Assembly: GCA_021204045.1 (NCBI GenBank)
Contig: JAJQAA010000019.1
Span: 24,125-88,124 of the forward strand
DNA from: Clostridiales bacterium
GTDB taxonomy: Bacteria; Bacillota; Clostridia; Lachnospirales; Lachnospiraceae
DNA: 64,000 nucleotides
Direction: 5' to 3'
Part shown: one piece after another, positions 38,285 to 46,876 of the stretch
How positions within the stretch are numbered: position 1 is the stretch's first letter
Layout of the letters: each line of letters opens with the position of its first letter
Translations under genes and position numbers: made by a program
Notes under the pieces: generated by a model
Told to the model about the DNA's origin: nothing
Database searches by the model: none
The model's input: only the letters and a program-made list of their open reading frames with translations

Positions 38285-38500
38285 CCGGTTTTCCCGAATG
38301 CATCGACAGGCAGGTCTCCTGGCTTGCGGATCCACACAAAAAGCTGCCTTCCCGATCGCTCAGTGACATGATCGGCAGGGTCGCTCATGACGGCCCTGCC
38401 TTAGCTTTCTGCTCCCCGTTTACAGTGACGAGTTCGCACAGGATTTGCACCTGTTTCCCTTTTCACCGGACCCGGCCCTGCGGCTGTCCGGCACCTGTCT
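38285..38500 (-). promoter_or_regulatory. Cobalamin (B12) riboswitch
   Basis: Minus strand carries GGTGCC..., GGTGAAAAGGGAAACAGGTGCAAATCC, GCGAACTCGTCACTGTAAACGGGGAGC, GTCACTGAGCGATCGGGAAGGC, and the B12 box GCCAGGAGACCTGCC (38309..38323). Confidence 0.8.
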
Positions 38501-38505
38501 TTCTT

Positions 38506-38534
38506 ACAATATCATAGCGGTATGAAATTTGCAA
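38506..38534 (-). promoter_or_regulatory. Promoter of the B12-regulated operon
   Basis: Minus strand reads TTGCAA, 17 nt, TATTGT, with an upstream TG (TGATATTGT). Confidence 0.5.
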
Positions 38535-38547
38535 TCAGATTTGAAAT

Positions 38548-39345
38548 CTACTTGTCCACCACAAGCCTTCTGGCCGGCTGCGCGACGCCATTCTCCGCAA
38601 AGGCTTCCACGATCTTCTGGTTAAGGTCGAAATACACATCCCAGTAATCGTCGTTTTTGCACCACACACGGACGGTAAATTCCATGGCCTCATTGTCGCC
38701 GCCGCTCAGACGCGCGAAGGGTTCCGGCGCTTTCAGGATCTTCTCCTGCGTGTCGATCGCGGCGCGCAGAATCTCCTGGATGCGGGACGGCTTCTCGCTC
38801 TTGGCGCAGGTATAGGTAAGGTCCACGCGACGCAGCTCCTCCGACGAATAATCCACGATGTTCGCGTTCATCAGGTTTCCGTTGGGCACCATGATGCGCT
38901 TGTTGTCAAGAGAAAGAAACGTCGTATAAAACAACGTGATCTCCTGGACCACTCCGGTCGCCCCTGAGGCCTCAACAAAATCCCCGGCGCGGAACGGCTT
39001 GAACAGCATCAGCATGATGCCTCCGGCCAGGTTTGAAAGCGCACCCTGCAATGCCAGGCCGACGGCAACGCCCGCCGAAGCCAGCACCGTAATGACCGAA
39101 GCCATCGGCACACCGAGAATACCGATCACGGCGATGACCAGAATGACATACAACCCGCCCTTCACAAAGCTCAGCGTGAACCGCTTCACCGTGTCCTCAA
39201 TCTTCTCGAACATCCTGTTTTTCTGCAGCGCGTTCAGAAATGTCTTAATCAGGACACCCCCTACGAACCAGACAATCAGCGCCAGAATAATCTTTCCGGC
39301 CGCCGCCGTGATGATGTTAATGATACTGTTTAACCAACCCTCCAT
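38548..39345 (-). CDS. MscS-family mechanosensitive channel
   Basis: 265 aa, three N-terminal transmembrane segments. LALQGALSNLAGGIMLMLFKPFRAGD is typical of MscS TM3. Confidence 0.85.
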   Translation of the reverse strand: MEGWLNSIINIITAAAGKIILALIVWFVGGVLIKTFLNALQKNRMFEKIEDTVKRFTLSFVKGGLYVILVIAVIGILGVPMASVITVLASAGVAVGLALQGALSNLAGGIMLMLFKPFRAGDFVEASGATGVVQEITLFYTTFLSLDNKRIMVPNGNLMNANIVDYSSEELRRVDLTYTCAKSEKPSRIQEILRAAIDTQEKILKAPEPFARLSGGDNEAMEFTVRVWCKNDDYWDVYFDLNQKIVEAFAENGVAQPARRLVVDK

Positions 39346-39438
39346 GTCTTCTCATCCTTTCTTTTTATTACGTTGATTATTTGTTACTATTTAAGTTCGT
39401 TTTCCCTTCCGTCCGCCATTTTGCTGCATAAAACGTCA

Positions 39439-39879
39439 TCATTGACTATCATTCGTTTTTTCGCAAAGCTCTATAATCCGGTCAACCTGACCGCGGCAGA
39501 GACGCATCGCTTCCATACATTGGCCAATATCCTCCTGTGTCAGTTCCACACTGTCATCACCGGGATATCTTGTTGAAAAATAGTATCCGTCGATCACCTG
39601 GATTTCTGTCTTTGCAGACCGGTCGAACACAAACGAAAAATTGTCCTCGATATAGCGGATCAATCGTTTCAGACTGTGCGTTCTCAGGATTGATTCTTTG
39701 TCATGCCACTCCGTTTCCGTCTCCGGTGTGCAGTATTCCTGAATCACATGTTTCATATAGTGCTCGCAGACATTCTGCGCAATCGCGCCGCAGGAATTGG
39801 AAAAAATTCCCTGCTCATAAGCGTCTCTGAGAAAATTATAATCGGCCTCTGCGAACTCATAGTACGTTTTCAGCCCCAT
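39439..39879 (-). CDS. HEPN-domain protein (toxin of an MNT/HEPN pair)
   Basis: 146 aa, all-helical. LRTHSLKRL block as in HEPN PF05168-type proteins. Overlaps the upstream MNT gene by 10 nt. Confidence 0.7.
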   Translation of the reverse strand: MGLKTYYEFAEADYNFLRDAYEQGIFSNSCGAIAQNVCEHYMKHVIQEYCTPETETEWHDKESILRTHSLKRLIRYIEDNFSFVFDRSAKTEIQVIDGYYFSTRYPGDDSVELTQEDIGQCMEAMRLCRGQVDRIIELCEKTNDSQ

Positions 39880-40238
39880 AGATCAATCCCGTCTTTTCTG
39901 ACATTCTGATAATACAGCATTCTGCTGCTTTTCCATTCCGGGCCAATGACAAATTTCAGATCCAGTTCAGGAACCCCGGGATCATCATCCGTAACAACCG
40001 CGCGAAGCCGCATAAGTTCCTCCCGGTTCTCGTCCGTCAGCGGAATATCCGGCGAAAGCTCGAGGAACAGATCAACATCGCTCCCCCACTCCGCGGTCTG
40101 CCGCACACAACTGCCATAAAGATAAAGAGAAACCACATACTGAGACAACGGTGATTTTCGAATCTGATCCATTGCGTAATCCAACGCATGCTGATGTCTT
40201 AAAGATATTGGCCGTTTTGTTTTCGGACCGATGACCAC
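39870..40238 (-). CDS. Minimal nucleotidyltransferase (MNT) domain protein (antitoxin of an MNT/HEPN pair)
   Basis: 122 aa. LYGSCVRQTAEWGSDVDLFL is the GS-x9-11-DxD NTase motif. GTG start with a GGAAGGAGG RBS. TTGTAT-17-TATAAT lies upstream. Confidence 0.75.
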   Translation of the reverse strand: MVIGPKTKRPISLRHQHALDYAMDQIRKSPLSQYVVSLYLYGSCVRQTAEWGSDVDLFLELSPDIPLTDENREELMRLRAVVTDDDPGVPELDLKFVIGPEWKSSRMLYYQNVRKDGIDLWG

Positions 40239-40505
40239 AAAACCACCTCCTTCCGCGCAATTTCCCTAACTGAATTATACGACCACGGGCATGAGAATAC
40301 AAGAAACAGATCAAATATTTTTGTTCACGGGATACATTCTCCTCATTATGAAAATATTGACTTTATCCGCAATTGACTATATTATAGGGTACAGGCTGTT
40401 TACAAGTCTGCCGTCAGGCCTGCACCAGTTAAAAAATATTCTCGAATAAACAAAAGAGCGATTGACATTCCAATCGGGAAATTTAACAGGAGGATGATAC
40501 ACAGA

Positions 40506-41888
40506 ATGAACAACAAACCAACCGCTGCCGCGGAAAATAAGATGGGCACCATGCCCGTAAACCGTCTCTTGATCACCATGTCGCTGCCGATGATGCTCTC
40601 CATGCTCGTGCAGGCGCTTTATAATGTCGTAGACAGTATTTTCGTTTCCATGATATCAGAGGAAGCCCTCACGGCCGTCTCCATGGCTTTCCCCATGCAG
40701 AACCTGCTGATCGGCCTCGGCTCCGGCGTCGCGGTCGGCACCAACGCTCTGCTTTCCCGCGCCCTGGGGCGAAAGGACGCGAAGACGGCGAACGTCGTCG
40801 CGCTGCAGGGCGTCTTCCTCTGCCTGTGCAGCTATCTGCTTTTCCTGGTTCTGGGACTGACCATCGCGAGGACGTTTTTTGTCGTCCAGGGCGCTTCCGA
40901 TATCATCGCTGATTACGGGCATTCCTATCTCTCGATCGTGATGTGCTTCAGCTTTGGTATCTTTATGGAATTTATTTTCGAGAGGCTGATGCAGTCCACC
41001 GGCAAGACCATCTTTACGATGTTTACCCAGGGGCTGGGTGCGATCACCAATATCATTATGGACCCGATCCTCATCTTCGGCCTGTTTGGTTTCCCGAAGC
41101 TGGGCATCGCGGGCGCGGCCTACGCGACCGTACTCGGTCAGATCCTTGCCGCGATCCTGGCTTTCATCTTCAATCTCCGCTTCAACGAAGATGTGAAACT
41201 GCGCTTTAAAAGCTTCCGCCCGAATCTGGAAATGATCGCGAATATCCTCTATATCGGCATTCCCTCGGTCATCATGGTCGCTATCGGCTCCATCATGACC
41301 TTCTGCGTCAACAAGATACTGATCGTATTTACTTCGACCGCGGTCGCCGTATTCGGCGTCTATTTCAAGCTGCAGAGCTTCGCGTTCATGCCCGTCTTTG
41401 GCATGAACAACGGCATGGTTCCGATCGTCGCCTACAACTACGGCGCGGGCAAGCCGGACCGCATCATAAAAACGCGCAATCTCGCGTTCGTCTATGCCGT
41501 CACCATCATGATCGTCGCGTTCGCTCTGATGCAGCTGTTCCCCACTGAATTTCTCGCCATGTTCAACGCCTCGGACGAAATGCTCGCGATCGGCGTTCCC
41601 GCTTTGCGGACGATCAGCATAAGCTTCCTCTTCGCCGGTATCTGCGTGATCTCCGGTTCCTTCTTCCAGGCTCTGGGAAACGGCATTTACAGTATGTTTG
41701 TCTCCTTCCTGCGGCAGCTGATTTTCCTGGTACCCCTGGTGTTCTTCATTTCAAAAACCGGGAATCTGAACCGGGTATGGCTGGCCTGGCCCATCGCTGA
41801 ACTGGCGTCGATCGTCTGCTGCATCTTCTTTATGCGCCGGATCAATGCTCAGATTATACAGCCGCTCCGGAGGGCAGACACCAAATAA
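40506..41888 (+). CDS. MATE-family efflux transporter
   Basis: Trimmed to MNNKPTAAAENKMGTMPVNRLL (AGGAGG RBS). 12-TM pattern, LVQALYNVVDSIFVS. Confidence 0.85.
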   Translation: MNNKPTAAAENKMGTMPVNRLLITMSLPMMLSMLVQALYNVVDSIFVSMISEEALTAVSMAFPMQNLLIGLGSGVAVGTNALLSRALGRKDAKTANVVALQGVFLCLCSYLLFLVLGLTIARTFFVVQGASDIIADYGHSYLSIVMCFSFGIFMEFIFERLMQSTGKTIFTMFTQGLGAITNIIMDPILIFGLFGFPKLGIAGAAYATVLGQILAAILAFIFNLRFNEDVKLRFKSFRPNLEMIANILYIGIPSVIMVAIGSIMTFCVNKILIVFTSTAVAVFGVYFKLQSFAFMPVFGMNNGMVPIVAYNYGAGKPDRIIKTRNLAFVYAVTIMIVAFALMQLFPTEFLAMFNASDEMLAIGVPALRTISISFLFAGICVISGSFFQALGNGIYSMFVSFLRQLIFLVPLVFFISKTGNLNRVWLAWPIAELASIVCCIFFMRRINAQIIQPLRRADTK

Positions 41889-41922
41889 CAGCCTTTTTTC
41901 GATAAACCGCAGGCATTCGTAT

Positions 41923-43263
41923 TTACAGGAACTGCAGCATATAAATTGGAATGCAGAAAATATCCTTATCTTTCCTGTAATCTTTCGTGTAAACAAGATA
42001 TTTTTGCAGAATTCTCTCAGAATATTTTTCCGAAAAAACATCCAGCGAAGCATGCGTTCTGTAACCAGAGGATTTTACTTCAATCGGACATATTTTATTT
42101 CTTCTGGCCAATATAAAATCAATTTCATAATTTCGATGCGTCGCCTCATTGGGAAATGTATAATAAAAAAGTTCGTTCCCACCGGCCGTCAACGTTTGCG
42201 CCGCTATATTCTCGTACAGATAACCCAGATTGACGCCCAGCTTGTCATTCAATAATTTGTCATAAATGACATTTTCCGTAAAATCCCTGTCCTGAAACAT
42301 AAGCGTTGTAAATAATCCCGTATCTGCCAGAAACAGCTTAAAACGCCTCAGATCCTTATTCCCGGCCAGACCTGCGCTCGGATCATTTGCGTGATAGGAT
42401 ACAAGAACTGTCCGGGATTCCCGCATCTGAGAGATCAGCTCCAGAACGCGCTCCGCTCTTTCATTTTCCAGCACGGCTGACACCTGGTAGCGGGAAGCAT
42501 TCGTATTCAGCTGCGCCGGAATGGATTGAAACAGAAGCGATATTCTTCCCGTAGGATCTATTTTCATAAAATCATCCTGATATAATTTCAGGATGTCCCG
42601 CTTTACCAGATCCACCTTTCTGAAATTATTCGTCTCCAGATATTCCGCAACCGCCTGAGGCATCCCTCCGATGAGCATGTACAGACGAAAACCGCGCATA
42701 AGTTTCCGGTTCATCTCATCTCCCAGCGATTTCCCTGATTCAAACACCTTCTTTATGAGAGGGACGGTGGTATGGTCCCCCTGCGCCCAAAGAAATTCTT
42801 CATAATCCATCGGATACATGCCAATCCGGCGTTCTTCACTCGGAATCAGGATGTCTGTCACATTCCGTTTGATGGATATCAGCGAGCCCGTCTCCATATA
42901 GTCATAACGGTGATCCTTAACCAGCGCTTTGATAGCCTGTCTGGCCTTCGGGCACAGCTGAACCTCATCAAAAATAATCAGTGATTTTCGTTCATGCAAA
43001 TCCACATGGTATTGCAGTTGAAGCTGTAAAAAAATATAATCCAGATCCGAAATATCGTCGAAAAGTCCCCTCACTGCCTCCGAAGCCGTCGAAAAATCAA
43101 TCAGTATATAGCTGTCATATTCCTCTTTCGCAAAACATTCTACAATCGTAGACTTCCCCACACGCCGGGCGCCCTCGATGAGTAGGGCTGTTTTTCCCTC
43201 AGATTCATCTTTCCATTCCTTCAGTTTTTCATATATTTTCCTTTGGAATATACGCTCACCCAT
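41923..43263 (-). CDS. AAA+ ATPase with DUF4143-type C-terminal domain (AAA_14 family), second copy
   Basis: 446 aa. Walker A GARRVGKST, Walker B LIIFDEVQ. The gene is AT-richer than its neighbours. Confidence 0.75.
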   Translation of the reverse strand: MGERIFQRKIYEKLKEWKDESEGKTALLIEGARRVGKSTIVECFAKEEYDSYILIDFSTASEAVRGLFDDISDLDYIFLQLQLQYHVDLHERKSLIIFDEVQLCPKARQAIKALVKDHRYDYMETGSLISIKRNVTDILIPSEERRIGMYPMDYEEFLWAQGDHTTVPLIKKVFESGKSLGDEMNRKLMRGFRLYMLIGGMPQAVAEYLETNNFRKVDLVKRDILKLYQDDFMKIDPTGRISLLFQSIPAQLNTNASRYQVSAVLENERAERVLELISQMRESRTVLVSYHANDPSAGLAGNKDLRRFKLFLADTGLFTTLMFQDRDFTENVIYDKLLNDKLGVNLGYLYENIAAQTLTAGGNELFYYTFPNEATHRNYEIDFILARRNKICPIEVKSSGYRTHASLDVFSEKYSERILQKYLVYTKDYRKDKDIFCIPIYMLQFL

Positions 43264-43289
43264 ATTGCAAAATCCGCCCCTTCCAGAAA

Positions 43290-43365
43290 CGCTGTTTTTT
43301 AATCTTCTCGTATTTTCAAATCCGCTGTTTTTATATAGCTATTATACCACGAATTCGCTGTTTTT
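43290..43365. repeat. Three copies of CGCTGTTTTT spaced exactly 33 bp apart across the promoter and 5' UTR of the second DUF4143 ATPase gene
   Basis: Copies at 43290, 43323 and 43356. The minus-strand -10 TGGTATAAT (43341..43349) lies between copies 2 and 3. Confidence 0.8.
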
Positions 43366-43423
43366 AAACTTCTTGTTCACTTTCTCAAATTTAATTTTTG
43401 AAAGAACAACCTCAATCCATCAT

Positions 43424-43469
43424 CAAAAAATATCAGAGGCAGGTGCAACTTATACAAGCCGCACCTGCC
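43424..43469 (-). terminator. Terminator downstream of larC
   Basis: Minus strand reads GGCAGGTGC-ggcttgtataagtt-GCACCTGCC, then TCTGATATTTTTT. Confidence 0.6.
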
Positions 43470-43511
43470 CCTGTTTGTTTGAAACGATCCGTTTTTTTCA
43501 ACAACTTTGTA

Positions 43512-44840
43512 TTATCCCAGCAGATTCTTCACCTGCTCCAGCGACATCCCCCGCTGCCTGGCAATCTTTGCCAGATCCTCGTACTCCGGCTTCTGACGCT
43601 CCACGCCCCAGCCGGAGGCTTTTTTGACGCGCACCGGACCGGCTTCCGTTTCCACCGCCTCGATCCGCCTCTCCAGAGTGCAGCGGTCATACGTGGTCTC
43701 CCGCAGCCCCAATGTAGTCGTGTGCAAAAACAGAAGGCGAATCATCTCCTCGCGCTGCTCCGGGCGGCACATGCAGACAAGCAACGTCCCCGGCCGGCTT
43801 TTTTTCATGCCAACCGGAACCGTATATACATCCAGAGCTCCGGCCAAAAACAGCGTTTCCATCGCAAAGCCGATCGCCTCCGGCGTCATATCGTCCAGAT
43901 TGCAGCTCAGCTCGAGCACACGTTCCCGCTTGGCCGAAGTCTCGCCAAGGAATGCGCGCACGCAGTTCGCCTGCTCAAAATCCTTTTTCCCGCAACCGTA
44001 ACCGATCGTTTTCACCATCATCGGCGGCTGGCTCCCAAACTCCTGCGCAAAATGCTTCAGCAGAGCGGCACCGGTCGGCGTGCAGAGTTCGCCCCGCACG
44101 CTGCCTCCGTAGGTCGGCACGTCCCGCAAAATCCAGGCAGTCGCGGGAGCCGGTACCGGGAGTATTCCGTGCGCGCAACGCACCTGGCCGTTGCCAACAT
44201 GAACCGGGGAAACGATGATCTTCTCCAGCGCCAGCTCATGTATCAGCAAACACACTGCCGTGACATCTGCCACCGCATCCATCGTGCCAACCTCGTGGAA
44301 ATGGATTTCGTCCATTGGTTTTCCGTGCACATGACCCTCCGCCCCGGCAATCAGACGGTACACCGCTACCACATCCTCCCGCACATTCTGCGGAATATCC
44401 AGATGAGCAACGATATGCTCAATGTCATGCAGGCTGTGGTGCTCATGATGGTGGGCGTGGTCATGGACGTGGCCATTGCCGTGTTCATGAGCATGATGAT
44501 GGTCGTGTTCATTATCGTGCTCATGCTCATGATCGTGCTCATGATCGTGCTCATGATCGTGCTCATCGGCATGTTCATCATGATGCTCATGGGCGTGATG
44601 GTGCTCATAGTCATGCCCCTCATCAACGCTTTCTTCCTTCGCTCCATTGACCGTGACCGACATATATGTCCCGGTGACGCCGCATTTCACCGCTTTTTCC
44701 GCGTGGAAAGCCACTCCCGGCAGCCCCAAGCCGTTCAGTCGCGCCACGAACGCTTCCGGCTCCGGGTGAAGTTCCAGGAGCGCCGCGGTGAGCATATCTC
44801 CCGCGGCGCCCATATTGCATTCCAGATAAAGTGTCCTCAT
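43512..44840 (-). CDS. larC: Nickel-pincer cofactor biosynthesis protein LarC (DUF111 family)
   Basis: N-terminus MRTLYLECNMGAAGDMLTAALLEL is typical of LarC. His/Asp/Glu-rich tract at residues ~75-135 (44436..44618). Confidence 0.85.
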   Translation of the reverse strand: MRTLYLECNMGAAGDMLTAALLELHPEPEAFVARLNGLGLPGVAFHAEKAVKCGVTGTYMSVTVNGAKEESVDEGHDYEHHHAHEHHDEHADEHDHEHDHEHDHEHEHDNEHDHHHAHEHGNGHVHDHAHHHEHHSLHDIEHIVAHLDIPQNVREDVVAVYRLIAGAEGHVHGKPMDEIHFHEVGTMDAVADVTAVCLLIHELALEKIIVSPVHVGNGQVRCAHGILPVPAPATAWILRDVPTYGGSVRGELCTPTGAALLKHFAQEFGSQPPMMVKTIGYGCGKKDFEQANCVRAFLGETSAKRERVLELSCNLDDMTPEAIGFAMETLFLAGALDVYTVPVGMKKSRPGTLLVCMCRPEQREEMIRLLFLHTTTLGLRETTYDRCTLERRIEAVETEAGPVRVKKASGWGVERQKPEYEDLAKIARQRGMSLEQVKNLLG

Positions 44841-44938
44841 GATGCCAGAACCTTTTTGTTATCCGCGCCCGGCGTGGTTACGATCACCTTTTCCGGAGTG
44901 ATGAGCAGCTTTTTTACGTTTTCGTTTAACATGGCCAT
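44837..44938 (-). CDS. Candidate 31-33-aa mini-protein translationally coupled to larC
   Basis: Below the ORF-track size cutoff. Minus strand reads AGGAGG-atATGgccATG...: M(AM)LNENVKKLLITPEKVIVTTPGADNKKVLAS. Its stop TGA overlaps the larC ATG (ATGA). Confidence 0.3.
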   Translation of the reverse strand: MAMLNENVKKLLITPEKVIVTTPGADNKKVLAS

Positions 44939-45031
44939 ATCCTCCTGTTTTTATAAACAAATTACAATTCCATCGTGCATTCACCATGTACGATATCCGA
45001 CACACGGTGTCCGGTATTCATACGAATGCCT

Positions 45032-46714
45032 TTAACACATCAGTACGCCGCCCTTGTCCGCGGACGCCGCCAGCCGCGAATAACGGCGCAGATAGCCGAT
45101 CGCCGGTTTCGGCTCGTGCTTCCACTCCGCACGGCGCCGTGCCAGCTCCTCATCGCTCACATGCAGCGTCAATTCCTTTTTGTAAACATCGATCGTGATG
45201 CGGTCGCCGTCTTTTACGAGGGCAATCGGACCGCCCGCGGCGGCCTCAGGCGACACATGGCCCACAAAGCAGCCGTTATTCGTGCCGGAGAAACGACCGT
45301 CCGTCACGATGGCCGTGGTCTTGTTCAGACCCTGTCCATAGAGCATTTTCAACGGCTGATACATCTCGCGCATGCCGGGACCGCCCTTAGGACCTTCATA
45401 ACGGATCACCACTACGTTGCCGGCCTGAATTTTCCGCTGGCGGATCGCCTCAGTGCATTCTTCCTCCGAATCGAAGCAGACCGCAGTTCCCGTAAAGCTT
45501 CGCGCCTCCTCGGCGATCGCCGCCGGTTTGGCCACGCCGGTATCGGGAGCCAGATTGCCTCTCATGATCGCCAGTCCGCCCAGCCGGCTGTGCGGATTGT
45601 TCAGCGGACGGATGATCTCCTGGTTCGGGGAATACAGGTTTTTCCAGTTGTCCAGGTTCTCGCCCAGCGTTTTCCCGGTGACCGTCATCACATCCAGTTC
45701 CAGACTGTCGCAGATCACCTTCATCACCTCCGGGATGCCGCCTGCCTTGTACAGATCCTCACTGTCATAGACGGTGCTTGCCGGATTGATCTTCGCGATA
45801 TGTGGGATCTCATCGCTGATCACATCAAATTCGTTCATGATCTCGGCCGGATCGATCCCCAGCTCCCAGGCCAGCGCGCAGGTGTGGATCACCGCGTTGG
45901 TCGAACCGCCGCTCGCCATCAGCACACGGATCGCGTTGCGCAGCGCCGCCCGCGTCATAATCTGCCGCGAAGTAATGCCCGCCTTTACCAGCTCCACGAT
46001 CTTCTCGCCGCTCTCGAAAGCGGAACGCAGACGCTCGTTATAAAACGCCGGAATGCAGGCGGAACCGGTAAGGCTCATGCCCAGCGCCTCGGCCTCGCAG
46101 CACATCGTGTTGGCCGTCCCCATAAACTGGCAGGAACCGCAGGTCGGGCAGGCCACCGTAGCCAGCGTCTGAAGTTCTTCGTAGCTCACCTGGCCCGTCT
46201 GGTACATGCCGATGGCCTCCGTGATCGTGGTGGAGTCCGATTTCGTCTTGTGGGCGAAGGCCGGCCCTCCCGCCATGCAGCCGCCCGCCACAAAGATTGC
46301 CGGAATGTCCAGCCGCGCGGCCGCCATCAGCATGCCCGGCACAATCTTATCGCAGGAACCCAGAAGCACCAGGCCGTCCAGCTTGTGTGCCTGCGCCTCG
46401 ATCTCAATGCTGTCCGCAATATTATCCCGCGAGGGCAGCACGTAATTGTTGCCGATGTGACCCGTAGCCACGCCGTCGCAGCAGGCAATCACGCCGAATT
46501 CCGTCGGCGTGCCGCCCGCGCGGTAGATCCCGTACTTAACCTGCTCCGCCAGCTGACGCAGGTTCGTGTGTCCCGGAACTGCCTCGTTGTACGAATTGGC
46601 AATGCCGATGATCGGGCGCGACAGATCGTCGTCCGAATAACCGCAGCCCTTCCAGAGTACCTTGTTGGTCAGCATTGTGTCGTCATTAAAATGTCCGTAG
46701 CTTCGCGTTCCCAT
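45032..46714 (-). CDS. ilvD: Dihydroxy-acid dehydratase
   Basis: 560 aa. Motifs CDKIVPGML, GGSTN and TDGRFSG. Confidence 0.95.
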   Translation of the reverse strand: MGTRSYGHFNDDTMLTNKVLWKGCGYSDDDLSRPIIGIANSYNEAVPGHTNLRQLAEQVKYGIYRAGGTPTEFGVIACCDGVATGHIGNNYVLPSRDNIADSIEIEAQAHKLDGLVLLGSCDKIVPGMLMAAARLDIPAIFVAGGCMAGGPAFAHKTKSDSTTITEAIGMYQTGQVSYEELQTLATVACPTCGSCQFMGTANTMCCEAEALGMSLTGSACIPAFYNERLRSAFESGEKIVELVKAGITSRQIMTRAALRNAIRVLMASGGSTNAVIHTCALAWELGIDPAEIMNEFDVISDEIPHIAKINPASTVYDSEDLYKAGGIPEVMKVICDSLELDVMTVTGKTLGENLDNWKNLYSPNQEIIRPLNNPHSRLGGLAIMRGNLAPDTGVAKPAAIAEEARSFTGTAVCFDSEEECTEAIRQRKIQAGNVVVIRYEGPKGGPGMREMYQPLKMLYGQGLNKTTAIVTDGRFSGTNNGCFVGHVSPEAAAGGPIALVKDGDRITIDVYKKELTLHVSDEELARRRAEWKHEPKPAIGYLRRYSRLAASADKGGVLMC

Positions 46715-46831
46715 TCTGAGCCCTCCTGAATGATCCGTGAAAACAATTCATGAAAAACCGTCACGATCGTTTTGCGCCGTTATCGGCGCACATTTCTTTA
46801 TGGAAAGGATATCATTTTTTGAATCTTTTTT

Positions 46832-46867
46832 CAACAACAAAGAAAGGCTGACCTGTCCAGCCAGCCT
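46832..46867 (-). terminator. Terminator downstream of panD
   Basis: Minus strand reads AGGCTG-gctggacaggt-CAGCCT followed by TTCTTTGTTGTT. Confidence 0.45.
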
Positions 46868-46876
46868 GTTCTCCAC

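Noticed and set aside
38124-38369. N-terminal 82 codons of track ORF 36465..38369
   Set aside because: This extension runs through the riboswitch terminator and part of the B12 aptamer. The ATG at 38123 has a strong RBS and is followed by a lipoprotein signal peptide.
44436-44618. Highly repetitive CAT/GAT-rich DNA, including the 12-bp repeats gtgctcatgatc x3 at about 44519..44560
   Set aside because: It is not a CRISPR or a non-coding microsatellite. It encodes the His/Asp/Glu-rich nickel-binding tract expected in LarC.
43398-45035. 545-aa plus-strand ORF with an MLMIVLMIVLMIVL repeat
   Set aside because: It is antisense to larC. The hydrophobic repeat is just the reverse-complement reading of the LarC His/Asp/Glu-rich tract.
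44975-46729. 584-aa plus-strand ORF
   Set aside because: It is antisense to the clearly recognisable ilvD gene. It is Arg-rich, has no RBS and no motifs.
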